DNA of 38,995 nucleotides from an uncultured Collinsella sp. (GCA_900752345.1 CAADVA010000167.1:1-38995), one strand, 5' to 3'. Positions 1 to 10,520 are shown, counted from the stretch's first letter. A program made the numbers and translations. The notes: generated by a model not told the origin, from the sequence alone.

Positions 1-2
1 GC

Positions 3-1889
3 TTCTGGAAGAAGGACGGTACCGACTACCGCATCCAGATCATCGACACCCCGGGCCACGTTGACTTCACCGCCGAGGTCGAGCGCTGCCTGCGCGTCCT
101 CGATGGCGCTGTCGCCGTCTTCGACGCCGTTGCCGGCGTTCAGCCCCAGTCTGAGACCGTTTGGCGTCAGGCTTCCACCTTCAACGTCCCCCGCATCGCC
201 TTCATCAACAAGTATGACCGCGTGGGCGCCGACTTCTTCAACGCTATCGAGACCATGAAGGATCGTCTCGACGCTAACGCCGTGGCCGCTCAGGTCCCGA
301 TGGGCGCCGAGGACAACTTCTGGGGCGTCATCGACCTGGTCACCATGACTGCATGGGACTTCAAGGCCGACGACAAGGGCATGACCTACCCCGAGCCGAT
401 GGACGAGATCCCGGCTGAGTTTGCCGACATCGCTGCCACCAAGCGCGAGGAGCTCCTCGACGCTGCTGCCAGCTTTGACGACGAGCTCATGGAGAAGATC
501 CTCATGGAGGAGGACTTCACCGTCGAGGAGCTCAAGGCTGCTCTGCGCAAGGGTGTTCTGGCCAACGAGCTCAACCTCGTCTTCGTGGGCTCCGCCTACA
601 AGAACAAGGGCGTTCAGGAGCTGCTCGACGCTGTCGTCGACTACCTGCCCAGCCCGCTCGACGTCGAGGCCGTCACCGGTACCGATCCGGACACCGGCGA
701 GGAGATCCAGCGTCATCCTTCCTTCGACGAGCCCTTCTCCGGCCTGGTCTTCAAGATCATGACCGACCCGTTCGTCGGTAAGCTCACCTACGTCCGCGTT
801 TACTCCGGCCGCGCCGAGTCCGGCTCCTACGTGGTCAACGCTTCCAACGGTCAGCGCGAGCGTCTCGGCCGCATCCTCGAGATGAACGCCGCCGAGCGTA
901 TCGACCGTGACGACGCTGCCGCCGGCGACATCGTCGCTTGCGTCGGCTTCAAGAACTCCACCACCGGTGACACCCTGTGCGCCGAGGGCAAGGAGATCGT
1001 CCTCGAGAAGATCGAGTTCGCTAAGCCCGTTATTGACGTTGCCATCGAGCCCAAGACCAAGGCCGAGCAGGACAAGATGTCCCTGGCTCTGACCAAGCTC
1101 GCCGAGGAGGACCCGACCTTCCAGGTGTCCACCAACCACGAGACCGGCCAGACCATCATCGCCGGCATGGGCGAGCTGCACCTCGAGATCATCGTCGACC
1201 GTCTGCTCCGCGAGTTCAAGGTTGACGCTAACGTTGGTAAGCCCCAGGTTGCTTACCGCGAGACCGCTGGTCACGACGTCGAGAAGGCTGAGGGCAAGTT
1301 CGTCCGTCAGTCCGGCGGTCGCGGTCAGTACGGCCACGCCGTCATCAAGCTCGAGAAGATGGAGGAGGGCTTCGGCTACGAGTTCGTCAACGCTATCGTC
1401 GGCGGCGTCGTGCCCAAGGAGTACATCCCGTCCATCGACAAGGGCATCCAGGAGGCCCTGAACACCGGTGTTATCGCCGGCTTCCCGGTCCTCGACGTTA
1501 AGGTCACCCTGTTCGACGGTTCTTACCACGAGGTCGACTCCTCCGAGGCCGCCTTCAAGATCGCCGGTTCCATGGCTATCAAGGACGCCCTCAAGAAGTC
1601 CGATCCGCAGCTGCTCGAGCCGATCATGGCTGTCGAGGTCGAGACCCCCGAGCAGTACATGGGCGACGTTATGGGCAACCTCTCCGGTCGCCGCGGCAAG
1701 ATCGAGGGCATGGAGGATCGCAAGAACAGCAAGCTCATCCGTGCCAAGGTGCCGCTGGGCGAGATGTTCGGTTACGCTACCGACCTTCGCTCCCAGACCC
1801 AGGGCCGTGCATCCTACACGATGCAGTTCGACTCTTATGAGCCCGCGCCCAAGTCCATCGTGGACGAGGTCATGAGCAAGAACGCCTAA
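3..1889 (+). CDS. fusA: Elongation factor G (5' end outside window)
   Basis: Frame from base 3 reads ...[11 protein letters not shown]..., [33 protein letters not shown], all EF-G motifs. Confidence 0.99.
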   Translation, partial: FWKKDGTDYRIQIIDTPGHVDFTAEVERCLRVLDGAVAVFDAVAGVQPQSETVWRQASTFNVPRIAFINKYDRVGADFFNAIETMKDRLDANAVAAQVPMGAEDNFWGVIDLVTMTAWDFKADDKGMTYPEPMDEIPAEFADIAATKREELLDAAASFDDELMEKILMEEDFTVEELKAALRKGVLANELNLVFVGSAYKNKGVQELLDAVVDYLPSPLDVEAVTGTDPDTGEEIQRHPSFDEPFSGLVFKIMTDPFVGKLTYVRVYSGRAESGSYVVNASNGQRERLGRILEMNAAERIDRDDAAAGDIVACVGFKNSTTGDTLCAEGKEIVLEKIEFAKPVIDVAIEPKTKAEQDKMSLALTKLAEEDPTFQVSTNHETGQTIIAGMGELHLEIIVDRLLREFKVDANVGKPQVAYRETAGHDVEKAEGKFVRQSGGRGQYGHAVIKLEKMEEGFGYEFVNAIVGGVVPKEYIPSIDKGIQEALNTGVIAGFPVLDVKVTLFDGSYHEVDSSEAAFKIAGSMAIKDALKKSDPQLLEPIMAVEVETPEQYMGDVMGNLSGRRGKIEGMEDRKNSKLIRAKVPLGEMFGYATDLRSQTQGRASYTMQFDSYEPAPKSIVDEVMSKNA

Positions 1890-1950
1890 GTTCGAGCTCC
1901 CTGTTACGTAATCCTGCGAGAACACTTCTCGCACTCTTTGGAGGTTTAAG

Positions 1951-2259
1951 TTGGCTACCCAGAAGATCCGCATTCGCCTCAAGGGCTATGATCACGAGGT
2001 CGTCGATCAGTCCGCGAAGCTCATCGTCGAGACCGCTCAGAAGACCGGCGCTCGCGTTTCCGGTCCTGTCCCCCTGCCCACCGAGCGCAACCTGTACACG
2101 GTTATCCGCTCGCCGCACGTGAACAAGGACTCCCGTGAGCAGTTCGAGATGCGCACCCACAAGCGCCTCATCGACATCCTCGACCCTACCTCGGGCACCG
2201 TTGATTCGCTCATGCGTCTCGACCTCCCCGCTGGCGTCGACATCGACATCAAGCTCTAA
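1951..2259 (+). CDS. rpsJ: 30S ribosomal protein S10
   Basis: [12 protein letters not shown]...GPVPLPT...[22 protein letters not shown] before TTG start. Confidence 0.99.
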   Translation: MATQKIRIRLKGYDHEVVDQSAKLIVETAQKTGARVSGPVPLPTERNLYTVIRSPHVNKDSREQFEMRTHKRLIDILDPTSGTVDSLMRLDLPAGVDIDIKL

Positions 2260-2285
2260 GCTTTTTGCTCGATAGTGCGATTTGC

Positions 2286-2318
2286 AAGGCCGCAGCCCTA
2301 AGGGTTGCGGCCTTTTTT
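2286..2318 (+). terminator. Intrinsic terminator after rpsJ
   Basis: aaggccgcagccc-taa-gggttgcggcctt hairpin ending in a T run. Confidence 0.9.
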
Positions 2319-2399
2319 GTGCCGATGGGGTAAAGGGTCTACACTACTGAACTATTCGACAAACGGGTGTAAGAGTAAAACTGTTGGGGGCGGATATAG

Positions 2400-3554
2400 A
2401 TGGTCGAGTGGATTGTTCGTCGTGCGCAGGGTGACCGTGCGCGCGTGGGCACGTTGACGGGCGTGGTATGTATTCTCGCTAATGTTGCACTTTGTGCTGC
2501 GAAGGGCGCAATTGGCGTGCTGTCGGGATCGGTTTCGATTGTGGCGGACGCCATGAACAACTTGTCCGATGCCAGCTCGAATATCGTGAGCGTGCTGGGC
2601 TTTAAGCTGGCGAGCAAGCCGGCCGACCCCGAGCATCCTTACGGCCACGGTCGCTACGAGTATCTCTCGGGTCTGGTCGTGGCGGCGCTCGTGCTGCTGA
2701 TTGGCGTTGAGTTGGTGAAGTCCTCGGTTGAACGCGTCATCCACCCCGAGCCTGTCGAGTTTTCGCTTGCCCTGGTGGCAGTTCTGGCGCTTTCGATGGT
2801 TGTAAAGCTGTGGATGGCGGCCCTCAACCAAAAGCTCGGTGATCGCATTGAGTCCGATACGCTGCATGCGACGGCCCAGGATTCCAAGAACGATGTTCTT
2901 GCCACGGGTGCTGTGCTGGCGTGCGCGATTGTTTCTCAGGTGACGGGCATCAACCTTGATGCTTGGGTCGGCCTTGCCGTTGGCGCCTATATTGGCTGGA
3001 GCGGCTTTGAGCTTATCCAAGATACGGTGAGCCCGCTTTTGGGTCAGGCACCCGATCCCAAGTTGGTCAAGCACATCCGAGACAAGATCATGAGCTACCC
3101 CGGCGTTTTGGGCGTTCATGACCTAATGGTTCACGATTACGGTCCGGGCAGGAAGTTTGCAAGTGCGCACGCCGAGATGGCGGCCGAGGCCAGCCCACTG
3201 GAAAGCCACGACACGCTCGATAACATCGAGCAGTCGTTTAGGGACGAGGACGGCATGATCGTCACGCTCCATTACGATCCCATCGTGACTGACGATTCGA
3301 ATGTGGCGAGCATGCGCCTGCGCATCAACGCCATGGCCCAAGAGATCGATAGCCGCCTTTCGATTCATGATTTGCGTTGCGTGCCGGGCCCCACGCACAC
3401 CAACGTGATCTTTGACTGCGTGCGACCCTCGGATTTGCGAATGAGCGCCGAGGACCTAAAGCACGAGTTGGCGAAACGGGTCGAGTCGGAATACCCCAAG
3501 TCGATTGCCAAGATTACGATCGACGAAGACTACGTAGGGCATACCCACGAGTAG
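2400..3554 (+). CDS. Cation diffusion facilitator (FieF-like) transporter
   Basis: Hydrophobic N-terminal helices, SIVADAMNNLSD, PADPEHPYGHGRYE, HDLMVHDYG; duplicated C-terminal dimerisation-type domain. Confidence 0.93.
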   Translation: MVEWIVRRAQGDRARVGTLTGVVCILANVALCAAKGAIGVLSGSVSIVADAMNNLSDASSNIVSVLGFKLASKPADPEHPYGHGRYEYLSGLVVAALVLLIGVELVKSSVERVIHPEPVEFSLALVAVLALSMVVKLWMAALNQKLGDRIESDTLHATAQDSKNDVLATGAVLACAIVSQVTGINLDAWVGLAVGAYIGWSGFELIQDTVSPLLGQAPDPKLVKHIRDKIMSYPGVLGVHDLMVHDYGPGRKFASAHAEMAAEASPLESHDTLDNIEQSFRDEDGMIVTLHYDPIVTDDSNVASMRLRINAMAQEIDSRLSIHDLRCVPGPTHTNVIFDCVRPSDLRMSAEDLKHELAKRVESEYPKSIAKITIDEDYVGHTHE

Positions 3555-3593
3555 GGCTGTGCCGGCAAAGCAAGTTATACAGAAGGGGAGAAT

Positions 3594-4220
3594 ATGAAGA
3601 GGCTGTATCTGCTCCGCCACGGTCAGACGGAGTTCAACGTCAAAAAGCTCGTCCAGGGTCGCTGCGATTCACCGTTGACCGACCTGGGCCGCAAACAAGC
3701 GGGAATGGCGGTCGCATGGCTCAAGGCCCACGGCGTCGTCCCCAACAAAGTGGTTTCTTCGCCCTTAGGTCGAGCCATGGACACAGCTCAGCTCGTCGCA
3801 TGCGAACTCCTGGGTCCGGATGCAGCAGTCGAGCCCTGCGAAGGCATCATCGAGCGTAGCTACGGCTCCTTCGAAGAAGGCCCCCACGATGCCCTTCCCA
3901 CCGACGTCTGGGATCCGGGCGAGGATCTGGTCCCCTTCGGAGGAGAAGGAAGCCAGGCGCTGCAAGCGCGCATGGTAGACACCCTCACCAATCTCATGGG
4001 CGCCGAGGGCATAGAAACCCTCCTAGCAGTAAGCCACGGCAGCGCCAGCCGCCAATTCATCAAGGCTGCAGCCCCAGAGGGCTTCGAGCTCCCAACAAAA
4101 CTCCCCAACTGCGCCATCATGATCTTCGATTTCGACGAGGAAAAGTCACAAGCAGAGGGCGAGCCAATGCAATGCAAGTTCACTCTCCAGCAAATAGTGG
4201 ACCCCCAACAAAGTAATTAG
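3594..4220 (+). CDS. Histidine phosphatase / phosphoglycerate mutase family protein
   Basis: LLRHGQT, QGRCDSPLT, SSPLGRAMDTA, VSHG motifs; GAAGGGGAG RBS. Confidence 0.93.
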   Translation: MKRLYLLRHGQTEFNVKKLVQGRCDSPLTDLGRKQAGMAVAWLKAHGVVPNKVVSSPLGRAMDTAQLVACELLGPDAAVEPCEGIIERSYGSFEEGPHDALPTDVWDPGEDLVPFGGEGSQALQARMVDTLTNLMGAEGIETLLAVSHGSASRQFIKAAAPEGFELPTKLPNCAIMIFDFDEEKSQAEGEPMQCKFTLQQIVDPQQSN

Positions 4221-4264
4221 CTGAGCGAGCAGGGTTAAGCAGACATCAACGTGTCGTCTCCCGA

Positions 4265-4401
4265 GCACGGCGGAGGGCCGGAGAAATATATTAAGGTCAT
4301 CGCGAGTTCCGCACGCAAAGGAGAGCACTTAATGTGCTCTCCGTCTTGCGCAGGACTGTAGAGCAGGGACCTTAATATATTTCTCCGGCCCTCCGCCGTG
4401 C
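4265..4401. mobile_element. MITE-like long palindromic element
   Basis: Perfect 34-bp inverted repeats at 4265-4298 and 4368-4401 enclosing an inner hairpin ggagagcac-ttaat-gtgctctcc (4320-4342); the mobile origin is inferred. Confidence 0.6.
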
Positions 4402-4459
4402 CCAGGAGCCATCCACGCACTTTACCTGCGTAAACAATGTGAGTGAAATATGAATCTCG

Positions 4460-4486
4460 ATGGATACGCCCGCACCCGTGTATACT
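4460..4486 (+). promoter_or_regulatory. Putative promoter/regulatory motif upstream of rplC
   Basis: atggatacgcccgcacccgtgtatac(t) contains a TATACT -10-like hexamer; 23/26 identical to 6325-6350. Confidence 0.5.
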
Positions 4487-4669
4487 AAACAGCTGTGTGT
4501 AACCAGGGGAGTATTCTGGCTGGACAAAATGCCTGCTTAATAGGGTTGTCAGGTAGTCCGGACGCAATACAAGACTGGGGAGCACGTCGTGTAAGTAGTG
4601 GTCCTCTAGGGGCGTACGCTCGGTGGTGTACGCATTGTCCCAAGACCACGCGAGAGTTGGGATCATATC

Positions 4670-5290
4670 TTGATCAGCATGATTCTCGGCCGCAAGATTG
4701 GCATGACCCAGGTTTGGGACGAGGACGACAACGTCGTTCCCGTCACGGTCATCCAGGCTGGCCCCTGCGCTGTCTCGCAGGTTAAAACTCAGGCAACCGA
4801 CGGCTATGACGCCGTCCAGATCGGTTTCGGCGACATCAAGGCCAAGAACGTGAACAAGCCCATGGCTGGTCACTTCGCCAAGGCCGGCGTCGAGCCTGTC
4901 CGCTTCCTTCGTGAGGTCCGCGTCGAGAACGGCGAGGAGCACAAGGTCGGCGAGGTCGTCACCGTCGCTGATTTCGCTGATGTCGAGAAGGTCGACGTCA
5001 TCGGTACCTCCAAGGGTAAGGGCTTCCAGGGTCGCATCAAGCGCTGGGGTCAGCGCCGCGGTCCTATGACGCATGGTTCTCACTTCCAGCGTCACCCCGG
5101 TTCTATCGGTCAGTGCGCCTATCCTGCGCGCGTCCTCAAGGGCGTCAAGATGGCCGGTCACATGGGTAACGAGCGCGTTACCGTCAAGAACCTTTCCGTT
5201 GTCCGCATCGATGCCGAGCAGAACCTCATCTTGGTCAAGGGCGCTGTCCCGGGTGCCAAGAATGGTCTCGTCGCCATCCGTATGGCCTAA
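4670..5290 (+). CDS. rplC: 50S ribosomal protein L3
   Basis: [33 protein letters not shown]. Confidence 0.99.
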   Translation: MISMILGRKIGMTQVWDEDDNVVPVTVIQAGPCAVSQVKTQATDGYDAVQIGFGDIKAKNVNKPMAGHFAKAGVEPVRFLREVRVENGEEHKVGEVVTVADFADVEKVDVIGTSKGKGFQGRIKRWGQRRGPMTHGSHFQRHPGSIGQCAYPARVLKGVKMAGHMGNERVTVKNLSVVRIDAEQNLILVKGAVPGAKNGLVAIRMA

Positions 5291-5336
5291 GGGCCCAGCC
5301 CATTTAGCCCAGCGTCATACCAAGGAGAACACTTAA

Positions 5337-5963
5337 ATGGCAAAGTTTGAAGTAAAGAACAGCGAGGGCAAGAAGGTCGCCGAGGCCGAGCTCGCCGCTG
5401 AGGTGTACGGCATCGAGCCGAACATCCACGTTATGCACCACATCGTCAAGTGCCAGATGGCCTCTTGGCGTCAGGGCACCCAGTCCGCTAAGGGCCGCTC
5501 TGAGGTTTCCGGTGGCGGCAAGAAGCCTTGGCGTCAGAAGGGCACCGGCCGTGCCCGCCAGGGTTCCATCCGTGCTGCCCAGTGGCGTCACGGTGGCGTT
5601 GTCTTCGCCCCCAAGCCCCGTTCCTACGCTAAGCGTATGAACAACAAGGAGGTCAAGCTGGCTATGCGCTCCGCGCTGTCCGCCAAGCTGGCCGATGGCG
5701 AGCTCGTGCTCGTCGACGACTACGGCTTCGAGAAGCCTTCCACCAAGGCTGCCGTTGCCATGCTCAAGGCTCTCGGCCTTGAGGGCAAGCGTCTGACCAT
5801 CATCGTTCGCGATGAGGACGTCAACGCCTACCTGTCGTTCCGCAACATTCCCAAGACGTTCATCATCACCGCCGATGAGGCCAACACCTACGACCTCGTC
5901 AACAACAACGCTGTGCTGATGCCCGCCGACATCGCCGCTCACTTCGGGGAGGTGCTTGCATAA
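5337..5963 (+). CDS. rplD: 50S ribosomal protein L4
   Basis: RQGTQSAKGRSEVSGGGKKPWRQKGTGRARQGS. Confidence 0.99.
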   Translation: MAKFEVKNSEGKKVAEAELAAEVYGIEPNIHVMHHIVKCQMASWRQGTQSAKGRSEVSGGGKKPWRQKGTGRARQGSIRAAQWRHGGVVFAPKPRSYAKRMNNKEVKLAMRSALSAKLADGELVLVDDYGFEKPSTKAAVAMLKALGLEGKRLTIIVRDEDVNAYLSFRNIPKTFIITADEANTYDLVNNNAVLMPADIAAHFGEVLA

Positions 5964-6251
5964 ATGACCGCCCACGAGATCATCATCCGTCCGATCGTGT
6001 CCGAGCGTTCCTTCTCCGGCATGGAGCAGAACAAGTACACGTTCGAGGTCGCCAAGGATGCTAACAAGTATCAGATCAAGGACGCTGTCGAGGAGATCTT
6101 CGGCGTCAAGGTCGTTCGCGTGAACACCCTGACGGTCAAGCCCAAGACCAAGCGCGTGCGCTATGTCGCCGGCAAGACCCGTTCTTGGAAGAAGGCCATC
6201 GTCACGCTGGCCGAGGGCGACACCATCGAGGTCTTTGGCAACCAGGCCTAA
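5964..6251 (+). CDS. rplW: 50S ribosomal protein L23
   Basis: IIRPIVSE, YTFEV...ANKYQIKDAVE, WKKAIVTL. Confidence 0.99.
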   Translation: MTAHEIIIRPIVSERSFSGMEQNKYTFEVAKDANKYQIKDAVEEIFGVKVVRVNTLTVKPKTKRVRYVAGKTRSWKKAIVTLAEGDTIEVFGNQA

Positions 6252-6269
6252 GACTCGCTGCTGTTGAGT

Positions 6270-6305
6270 GAGCTCATGCCTCCCAAATAGGGGAGGCGAG
6301 AGCTC
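6270..6305 (+). terminator. Hairpin (terminator/attenuator-like) between rplW and rplB
   Basis: gagctc..gcctccc-aaatag-gggaggc..gagctc stem-loop with only a weak downstream T run. Confidence 0.4.
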
Positions 6306-6324
6306 AAGGTTTTGGGCGTATAAA

Positions 6325-6350
6325 ATGGACACGCCCGGAACCGTGTATAC
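6325..6350 (+). promoter_or_regulatory. Second copy of the 26-bp motif, upstream of rplB
   Basis: atggacacgcccggaaccgtgtatac versus 4460-4485. Confidence 0.5.
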
Positions 6351-6430
6351 GTCCGGTGTCATCGCACCCGAGGCAGAACCTCGAATCCCTGTCTGCGATG
6401 GCTAACGGATTCCTATTGAAAGGGATTGTA

Positions 6431-7261
6431 ATGGCTGTAAAGCACCTTAAGCCGACCTCCGCTGGTAGGCGTTGGCAGACGATCTCCGATTTCTCCGAGA
6501 TCACCTGCACCAAGCCCGAGAAGTCTCTTCTCGAGCCCCTGCCCAAGAAGGCCGGTCGTAACAACAACGGTCGCATCACCACCCGCCACCAGGGTGGCGG
6601 CGTGAAGCGTCGTTACCGCGTGATCGACTTCAAGCGCAACAAGGACGGCGTGCCCGCCAAGGTTGCCACGATCGAGTACGATCCGAACCGTTCCGCTCGC
6701 ATCGCTCTGCTGCACTACGCTGACGGTGAGAAGCGCTACATCCTGGCCCCCAAGGGTCTCGAGGTCGGTCAGACCATCATGTCCGGTTCTGACGCCGACA
6801 TCAAGCCGGGCAACGCTCTGCCCCTCGCCGACATCCCCGTCGGTACGCTCATCCACGCCGTCGAGTTCCAGCCGGGCAAGGGCGCCGCTATCGCCCGTTC
6901 CGCCGGTAACTCCTGCCAGCTGATGGGTAAGGAGGGCAAGTACGCTATCGTCCGTATGCCTTCCTCCGAGATGCGCCGCATCCTCGTTACCTGCCGCGCC
7001 ACCGTCGGTGAGGTCGGCAACGCCGATCACGCCAACATCGTCATCGGCAAGGCCGGCCGTAAGCGTCACTTGAACGTGCGCCCGACCGTCCGCGGTACCG
7101 TCATGAACCCTGTCGACCACCCGCACGGCGGTGGCGAGGGCAAGAACCACACCTCTGGTCGTCCCTCTGTTACCCCCTGGGGTAAGCCGACGAAGGGCCT
7201 TCGTACGCGCAAGAAGAAGAAGGTCTCGAACCAGCACATCATTCGTCGCCGTAAGAAGTAA
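6431..7261 (+). CDS. rplB: 50S ribosomal protein L2
   Basis: [42 protein letters not shown]; start set at ATG 6431 after GAAAGGG. Confidence 0.99.
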   Translation: MAVKHLKPTSAGRRWQTISDFSEITCTKPEKSLLEPLPKKAGRNNNGRITTRHQGGGVKRRYRVIDFKRNKDGVPAKVATIEYDPNRSARIALLHYADGEKRYILAPKGLEVGQTIMSGSDADIKPGNALPLADIPVGTLIHAVEFQPGKGAAIARSAGNSCQLMGKEGKYAIVRMPSSEMRRILVTCRATVGEVGNADHANIVIGKAGRKRHLNVRPTVRGTVMNPVDHPHGGGEGKNHTSGRPSVTPWGKPTKGLRTRKKKKVSNQHIIRRRKK

Positions 7262-7293
7262 TTTCGGATACCGAGTTTTAGGAGAAAGCACTT

Positions 7294-7554
7294 ATGAGCA
7301 GAAGTCTCAAAAAGGGCCCGTTCGTGGAGACTCGCCTTCTCTCGCGTATCACCGCGATGAACGAGGCTGGCAAGAAGGACGTCGTGAAGACCTGGTCCCG
7401 CGCGTCCACCATCTTCCCCGAGATGGTTGGTCACACCATCGCCGTCCACGACGGCCGCAAGCATGTGCCCGTGTATGTTACCGAGTCCATGGTTGGTCAC
7501 AAGCTCGGCGAGTTCGCGCCGACTCGTACGTTCCGTGGCCACAAGGCCAAATAG
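7294..7554 (+). CDS. rpsS: 30S ribosomal protein S19
   Basis: [34 protein letters not shown]. Confidence 0.99.
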   Translation: MSRSLKKGPFVETRLLSRITAMNEAGKKDVVKTWSRASTIFPEMVGHTIAVHDGRKHVPVYVTESMVGHKLGEFAPTRTFRGHKAK

Positions 7555-7568
7555 GGGGTTAACCGTAA

Positions 7569-7940
7569 ATGGCAACTAAGTCTATTGAAACTGAGGCCAC
7601 CGAGGTTCGCGCCGTCGCTAAGTACGTGCGTGTTTCCCCCAGCAAGGCCCGCCTGGTGGTCGATCTGATCCGCCGCAAGCCTGTCGCTCAGGCCTTCGAC
7701 ATCCTCCACTTCTGCGACCGCGCCGTCGCCGTGGATGTCGAGAAGGTTCTCCGTTCCGCCGTTGCGAACGCCGAGAACAACAACGGTCTGCGTGCCGACA
7801 ACCTGGTTGTCGCCGCTGCCTATGTTGACGAGGGTCCGACGCTTAAGCGCATCCGTCCCCGCGCCAAGGGTTCCGCTTCTCGCATTCTGAAGCGTACTTC
7901 CCACATCACCGTCGTCGTTGCTCCTCGAAAGGAGGCGTAA
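7569..7940 (+). CDS. rplV: 50S ribosomal protein L22
   Basis: [39 protein letters not shown]. Confidence 0.99.
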   Translation: MATKSIETEATEVRAVAKYVRVSPSKARLVVDLIRRKPVAQAFDILHFCDRAVAVDVEKVLRSAVANAENNNGLRADNLVVAAAYVDEGPTLKRIRPRAKGSASRILKRTSHITVVVAPRKEA

Positions 7941-7946
7941 AGCTGT

Positions 7947-8657
7947 ATGGGTCAGAAAGTCTACCCCACCGGCTTCCGTCTTGGCATCACCGAGAACTGG
8001 CGCTCCCGCTGGTTCGCAGAGAAGGATTACGCTAAGACCCTCGGTAACGATCTCGAGATCCGCAAGTACCTCGAGAAGCGTCTTTCCCGCGCAGCTGTCT
8101 CCCGCGTCGAGATCGAGCGCGCTGGCGACAAGGTGAAGGTCATCATCCTCACCGCTCGCCCCGGCGTTGTCATCGGTAAGAAGGGTGCCGAGATCGATAC
8201 CCTCCGCACCGAGCTCGAGAAGGTCGCTGGTGTCTCCAAGGGCCAGCTCTCCGTCGACGTTGTCGAGATCAAGCGCCCCGAGCTCGACGCCAACCTCGTT
8301 GCTCAGTCTATCGCCGAGCAGCTCGAGGGCCGCGTTGCCTTCCGTCGCGCTATGCGCAAGGCTGTCCAGTCCGCCCGCAAGGCCGGCGCTAAGGGCATCC
8401 GTATCCAGTGCTCCGGTCGTCTCGGCGGTGCCGAGATGGGCCGTCGTGAGTGGTACCGCGAGGGTCGCGTGCCTCTGCACACCCTCCGTGCCAAGATCGA
8501 TTACGGCACGGCTGTCGCCAGCACCACCATGGGCGCTTGCGGCGTGAAGGTCTGGATCTACCTGGGCGAGAAGCTCCCGGGCCAGCCCGTTCCTAACCCT
8601 GCACTCGAGGGCTCTTCCCGTCCTCGTCGTCGTAACTCCGAGAGGAGGGGTCAGTAG
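7947..8657 (+). CDS. rpsC: 30S ribosomal protein S3
   Basis: [33 protein letters not shown]. Confidence 0.99.
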   Translation: MGQKVYPTGFRLGITENWRSRWFAEKDYAKTLGNDLEIRKYLEKRLSRAAVSRVEIERAGDKVKVIILTARPGVVIGKKGAEIDTLRTELEKVAGVSKGQLSVDVVEIKRPELDANLVAQSIAEQLEGRVAFRRAMRKAVQSARKAGAKGIRIQCSGRLGGAEMGRREWYREGRVPLHTLRAKIDYGTAVASTTMGACGVKVWIYLGEKLPGQPVPNPALEGSSRPRRRNSERRGQ

Positions 8658-9160
8658 TGCTTGCCCCTAAGCGTATTCTTCACCGCAAGGTGCAGCGTGG
8701 CTCCATGAAGGGCCAGGCCAAGGGTAATACCGAGCTGCATTTCGGCGAGTTTGGTATCCAGGCTCTCGAGGCCCATTGGATCACCAACCGTCAGATCGAG
8801 GCCGCTCGTATTGCCATGACCCGCTACATGAAGCGTGGCGGTCGTGTCTACATCACGATCTTCCCCGATAAGCCCATCACCAAGAAGCCTGCCGAGACTC
8901 GCATGGGTTCTGGTAAGGGTAACCCCGAGGAGTGGGTGGCCGTCGTCAAGCCCGGCCGCATCATGTTCGAGGTCAAGGGCGTGCCCGAGGAGGTCGCTCG
9001 CGAGGCTCTGCGTCTTGCACAGCACAAGCTTCCCATCAAGACCAAGATTGTTGCTGCCAAGAACGCCGAGCAGCGCATCGAGAAGGAGATGGCTGAGGAG
9101 GCCGCTCTCGAGGCCAAGTGGGCTGCTGAGGACGCCGCCGCCGCCAAGGAGGAGAACTAA
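8657..9160 (+). CDS. rplP: 50S ribosomal protein L16 with C-terminal extension
   Basis: [23 protein letters not shown]; about 30 extra Ala/Glu-rich residues at the C-terminus. Confidence 0.99.
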   Translation: MLAPKRILHRKVQRGSMKGQAKGNTELHFGEFGIQALEAHWITNRQIEAARIAMTRYMKRGGRVYITIFPDKPITKKPAETRMGSGKGNPEEWVAVVKPGRIMFEVKGVPEEVAREALRLAQHKLPIKTKIVAAKNAEQRIEKEMAEEAALEAKWAAEDAAAAKEEN

Positions 9161-9375
9161 TGAAGCCCGCAGAGATTCGTGAGCTCTCGGACGCTCAGCT
9201 CGTTGAGAAGCTGAAGGAAATGCGCGCCGAGCTCTTTAACCTTCGTTTCCAGATGGCCACCAGCCAGCTGGACAACACCGCTCGCGTCAACACCGTGAAG
9301 AAGGACATCGCTCGCGTCCTCACGGAGCAGCGCGCCCGCGAGATCGCAGCGGAGAAGTCCGCTGTCGCCGAGTAG
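9160..9375 (+). CDS. rpmC: 50S ribosomal protein L29
   Basis: ELFNLRFQMAT..L.N...KKDIARVLT. Confidence 0.99.
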   Translation: MKPAEIRELSDAQLVEKLKEMRAELFNLRFQMATSQLDNTARVNTVKKDIARVLTEQRAREIAAEKSAVAE

Positions 9376-9391
9376 GACCTAAGGAGAGAAC

Positions 9392-9652
9392 ATGACTGAT
9401 TCGCGTAACTCGCGTAAGGTCCGTACGGGTGTCGTTACCTCCGTCTCCGGTGCCAAGACCATTGTTGTCACCATCACCGAGCGCAAGCGTCACCCCAAGT
9501 ACGGCAAGATGATGACCAGCTCCAAGAAGCTGCACGCTCACGACGAGGAGTGCACGGCTGGCGTGGGCGACACCGTCCGCGTCATGGAGACCCGTCCTAT
9601 GTCCAAGATGAAGCGTTGGCGCCTCATCGAGGTCGTCGAGCGCGCTAAATAA
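9392..9652 (+). CDS. rpsQ: 30S ribosomal protein S17
   Basis: GVVTS, KTIVV, HPKYGK, AHDE, ETRPMSKMKRWRL. Confidence 0.99.
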   Translation: MTDSRNSRKVRTGVVTSVSGAKTIVVTITERKRHPKYGKMMTSSKKLHAHDEECTAGVGDTVRVMETRPMSKMKRWRLIEVVERAK

Positions 9653-9770
9653 GCAGTCGCTCTTACGACTTGTACGTTTCCGAAGATGTGCGTATGCCTG
9701 GCTTGCATACCACGGGCCGCATAAAGGCTGCGCACCTCTCTTCGGTTCTTAGTTCGGAGGAACATCTACC

Positions 9771-10139
9771 ATGATTCAGATGCAAACCATGCTGAACGTC
9801 GCCGACAACTCCGGCGCTCGCAAGATTCGCTGCATCAAGGTGCTTGGCGGTTCCAAGCGTCGTTATGCAGGCATCGGCGATGTGTTCATCGGTGCTGTCC
9901 AGGAGGCTACCCCTGGCGCCAACGTCAAGAAGAAGGACGTTGTCCGTTGCGTCGTCGTTCGCACCGTTAAGGAGATCCGCCGCAAGGATGGCTCCTACAT
10001 TCGCTTTGATGAGAACGCCTGCGTTGTCATCAACAACGATGGTTCGCCCGTCGGCACCCGTATCTTCGGGCCCGTCGCTCGCGAGCTTCGTGACAAGAAG
10101 TACATGAAGATCGTCTCGCTCGCTCCCGAGACCCTGTAG
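9771..10139 (+). CDS. rplN: 50S ribosomal protein L14
   Basis: [26 protein letters not shown]. Confidence 0.99.
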   Translation: MIQMQTMLNVADNSGARKIRCIKVLGGSKRRYAGIGDVFIGAVQEATPGANVKKKDVVRCVVVRTVKEIRRKDGSYIRFDENACVVINNDGSPVGTRIFGPVARELRDKKYMKIVSLAPETL

Positions 10140-10152
10140 TTAGGGGAGATAT

Positions 10153-10458
10153 ATGTATATCAAGAAGGGCGATAAGGTCCAGGTTCTCTCTGGTAAGGAT
10201 CGCGGCAAGCAGGGCGTTGTCCTGCGTGCTCTCCCCGCCGAGAACAAGGTCGTTGTCGAGGGCGTTTCGGTCGTCAAGAAGGCCGTCAAGCCCAACGCTG
10301 CCAACCAGCAGGGCGGCATCGTTTCGCAGGAGGCTCCCATCGACGCCTCCAACGTCAATCTCGTTTGCCCCGAGTGCGGTAAGGTTACCCGCGTCGGTCA
10401 CGAGAAGGACGGCAAGAACAAGCTGCGCGTCTGCAAGAAGTGCGGCCACAAGTTCTAA
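10153..10458 (+). CDS. rplX: 50S ribosomal protein L24 (four-Cys form)
   Basis: [32 protein letters not shown]...CKKCG. Confidence 0.99.
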   Translation: MYIKKGDKVQVLSGKDRGKQGVVLRALPAENKVVVEGVSVVKKAVKPNAANQQGGIVSQEAPIDASNVNLVCPECGKVTRVGHEKDGKNKLRVCKKCGHKF

Positions 10459-10485
10459 GCTGCCCGCAACAGTTAAGTTGCTAGC

Positions 10486-10520
10486 AAAGGCCCGGATGCC
10501 ACGGCACCCGGGCCTTTTTT
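10486..10520 (+). terminator. Intrinsic terminator after rplX
   Basis: aaaggcccggatgcc-ac-ggcacccgggcc followed by tttttt. Confidence 0.9.

Noticed and set aside
4235..9025. Long antisense ORFs over ribosomal protein genes (e.g. 4235-5161, 5304-6362, 6413-7291, 7497-8480)
   Set aside because: Shadow frames produced by strong GC3 codon bias of highly expressed genes
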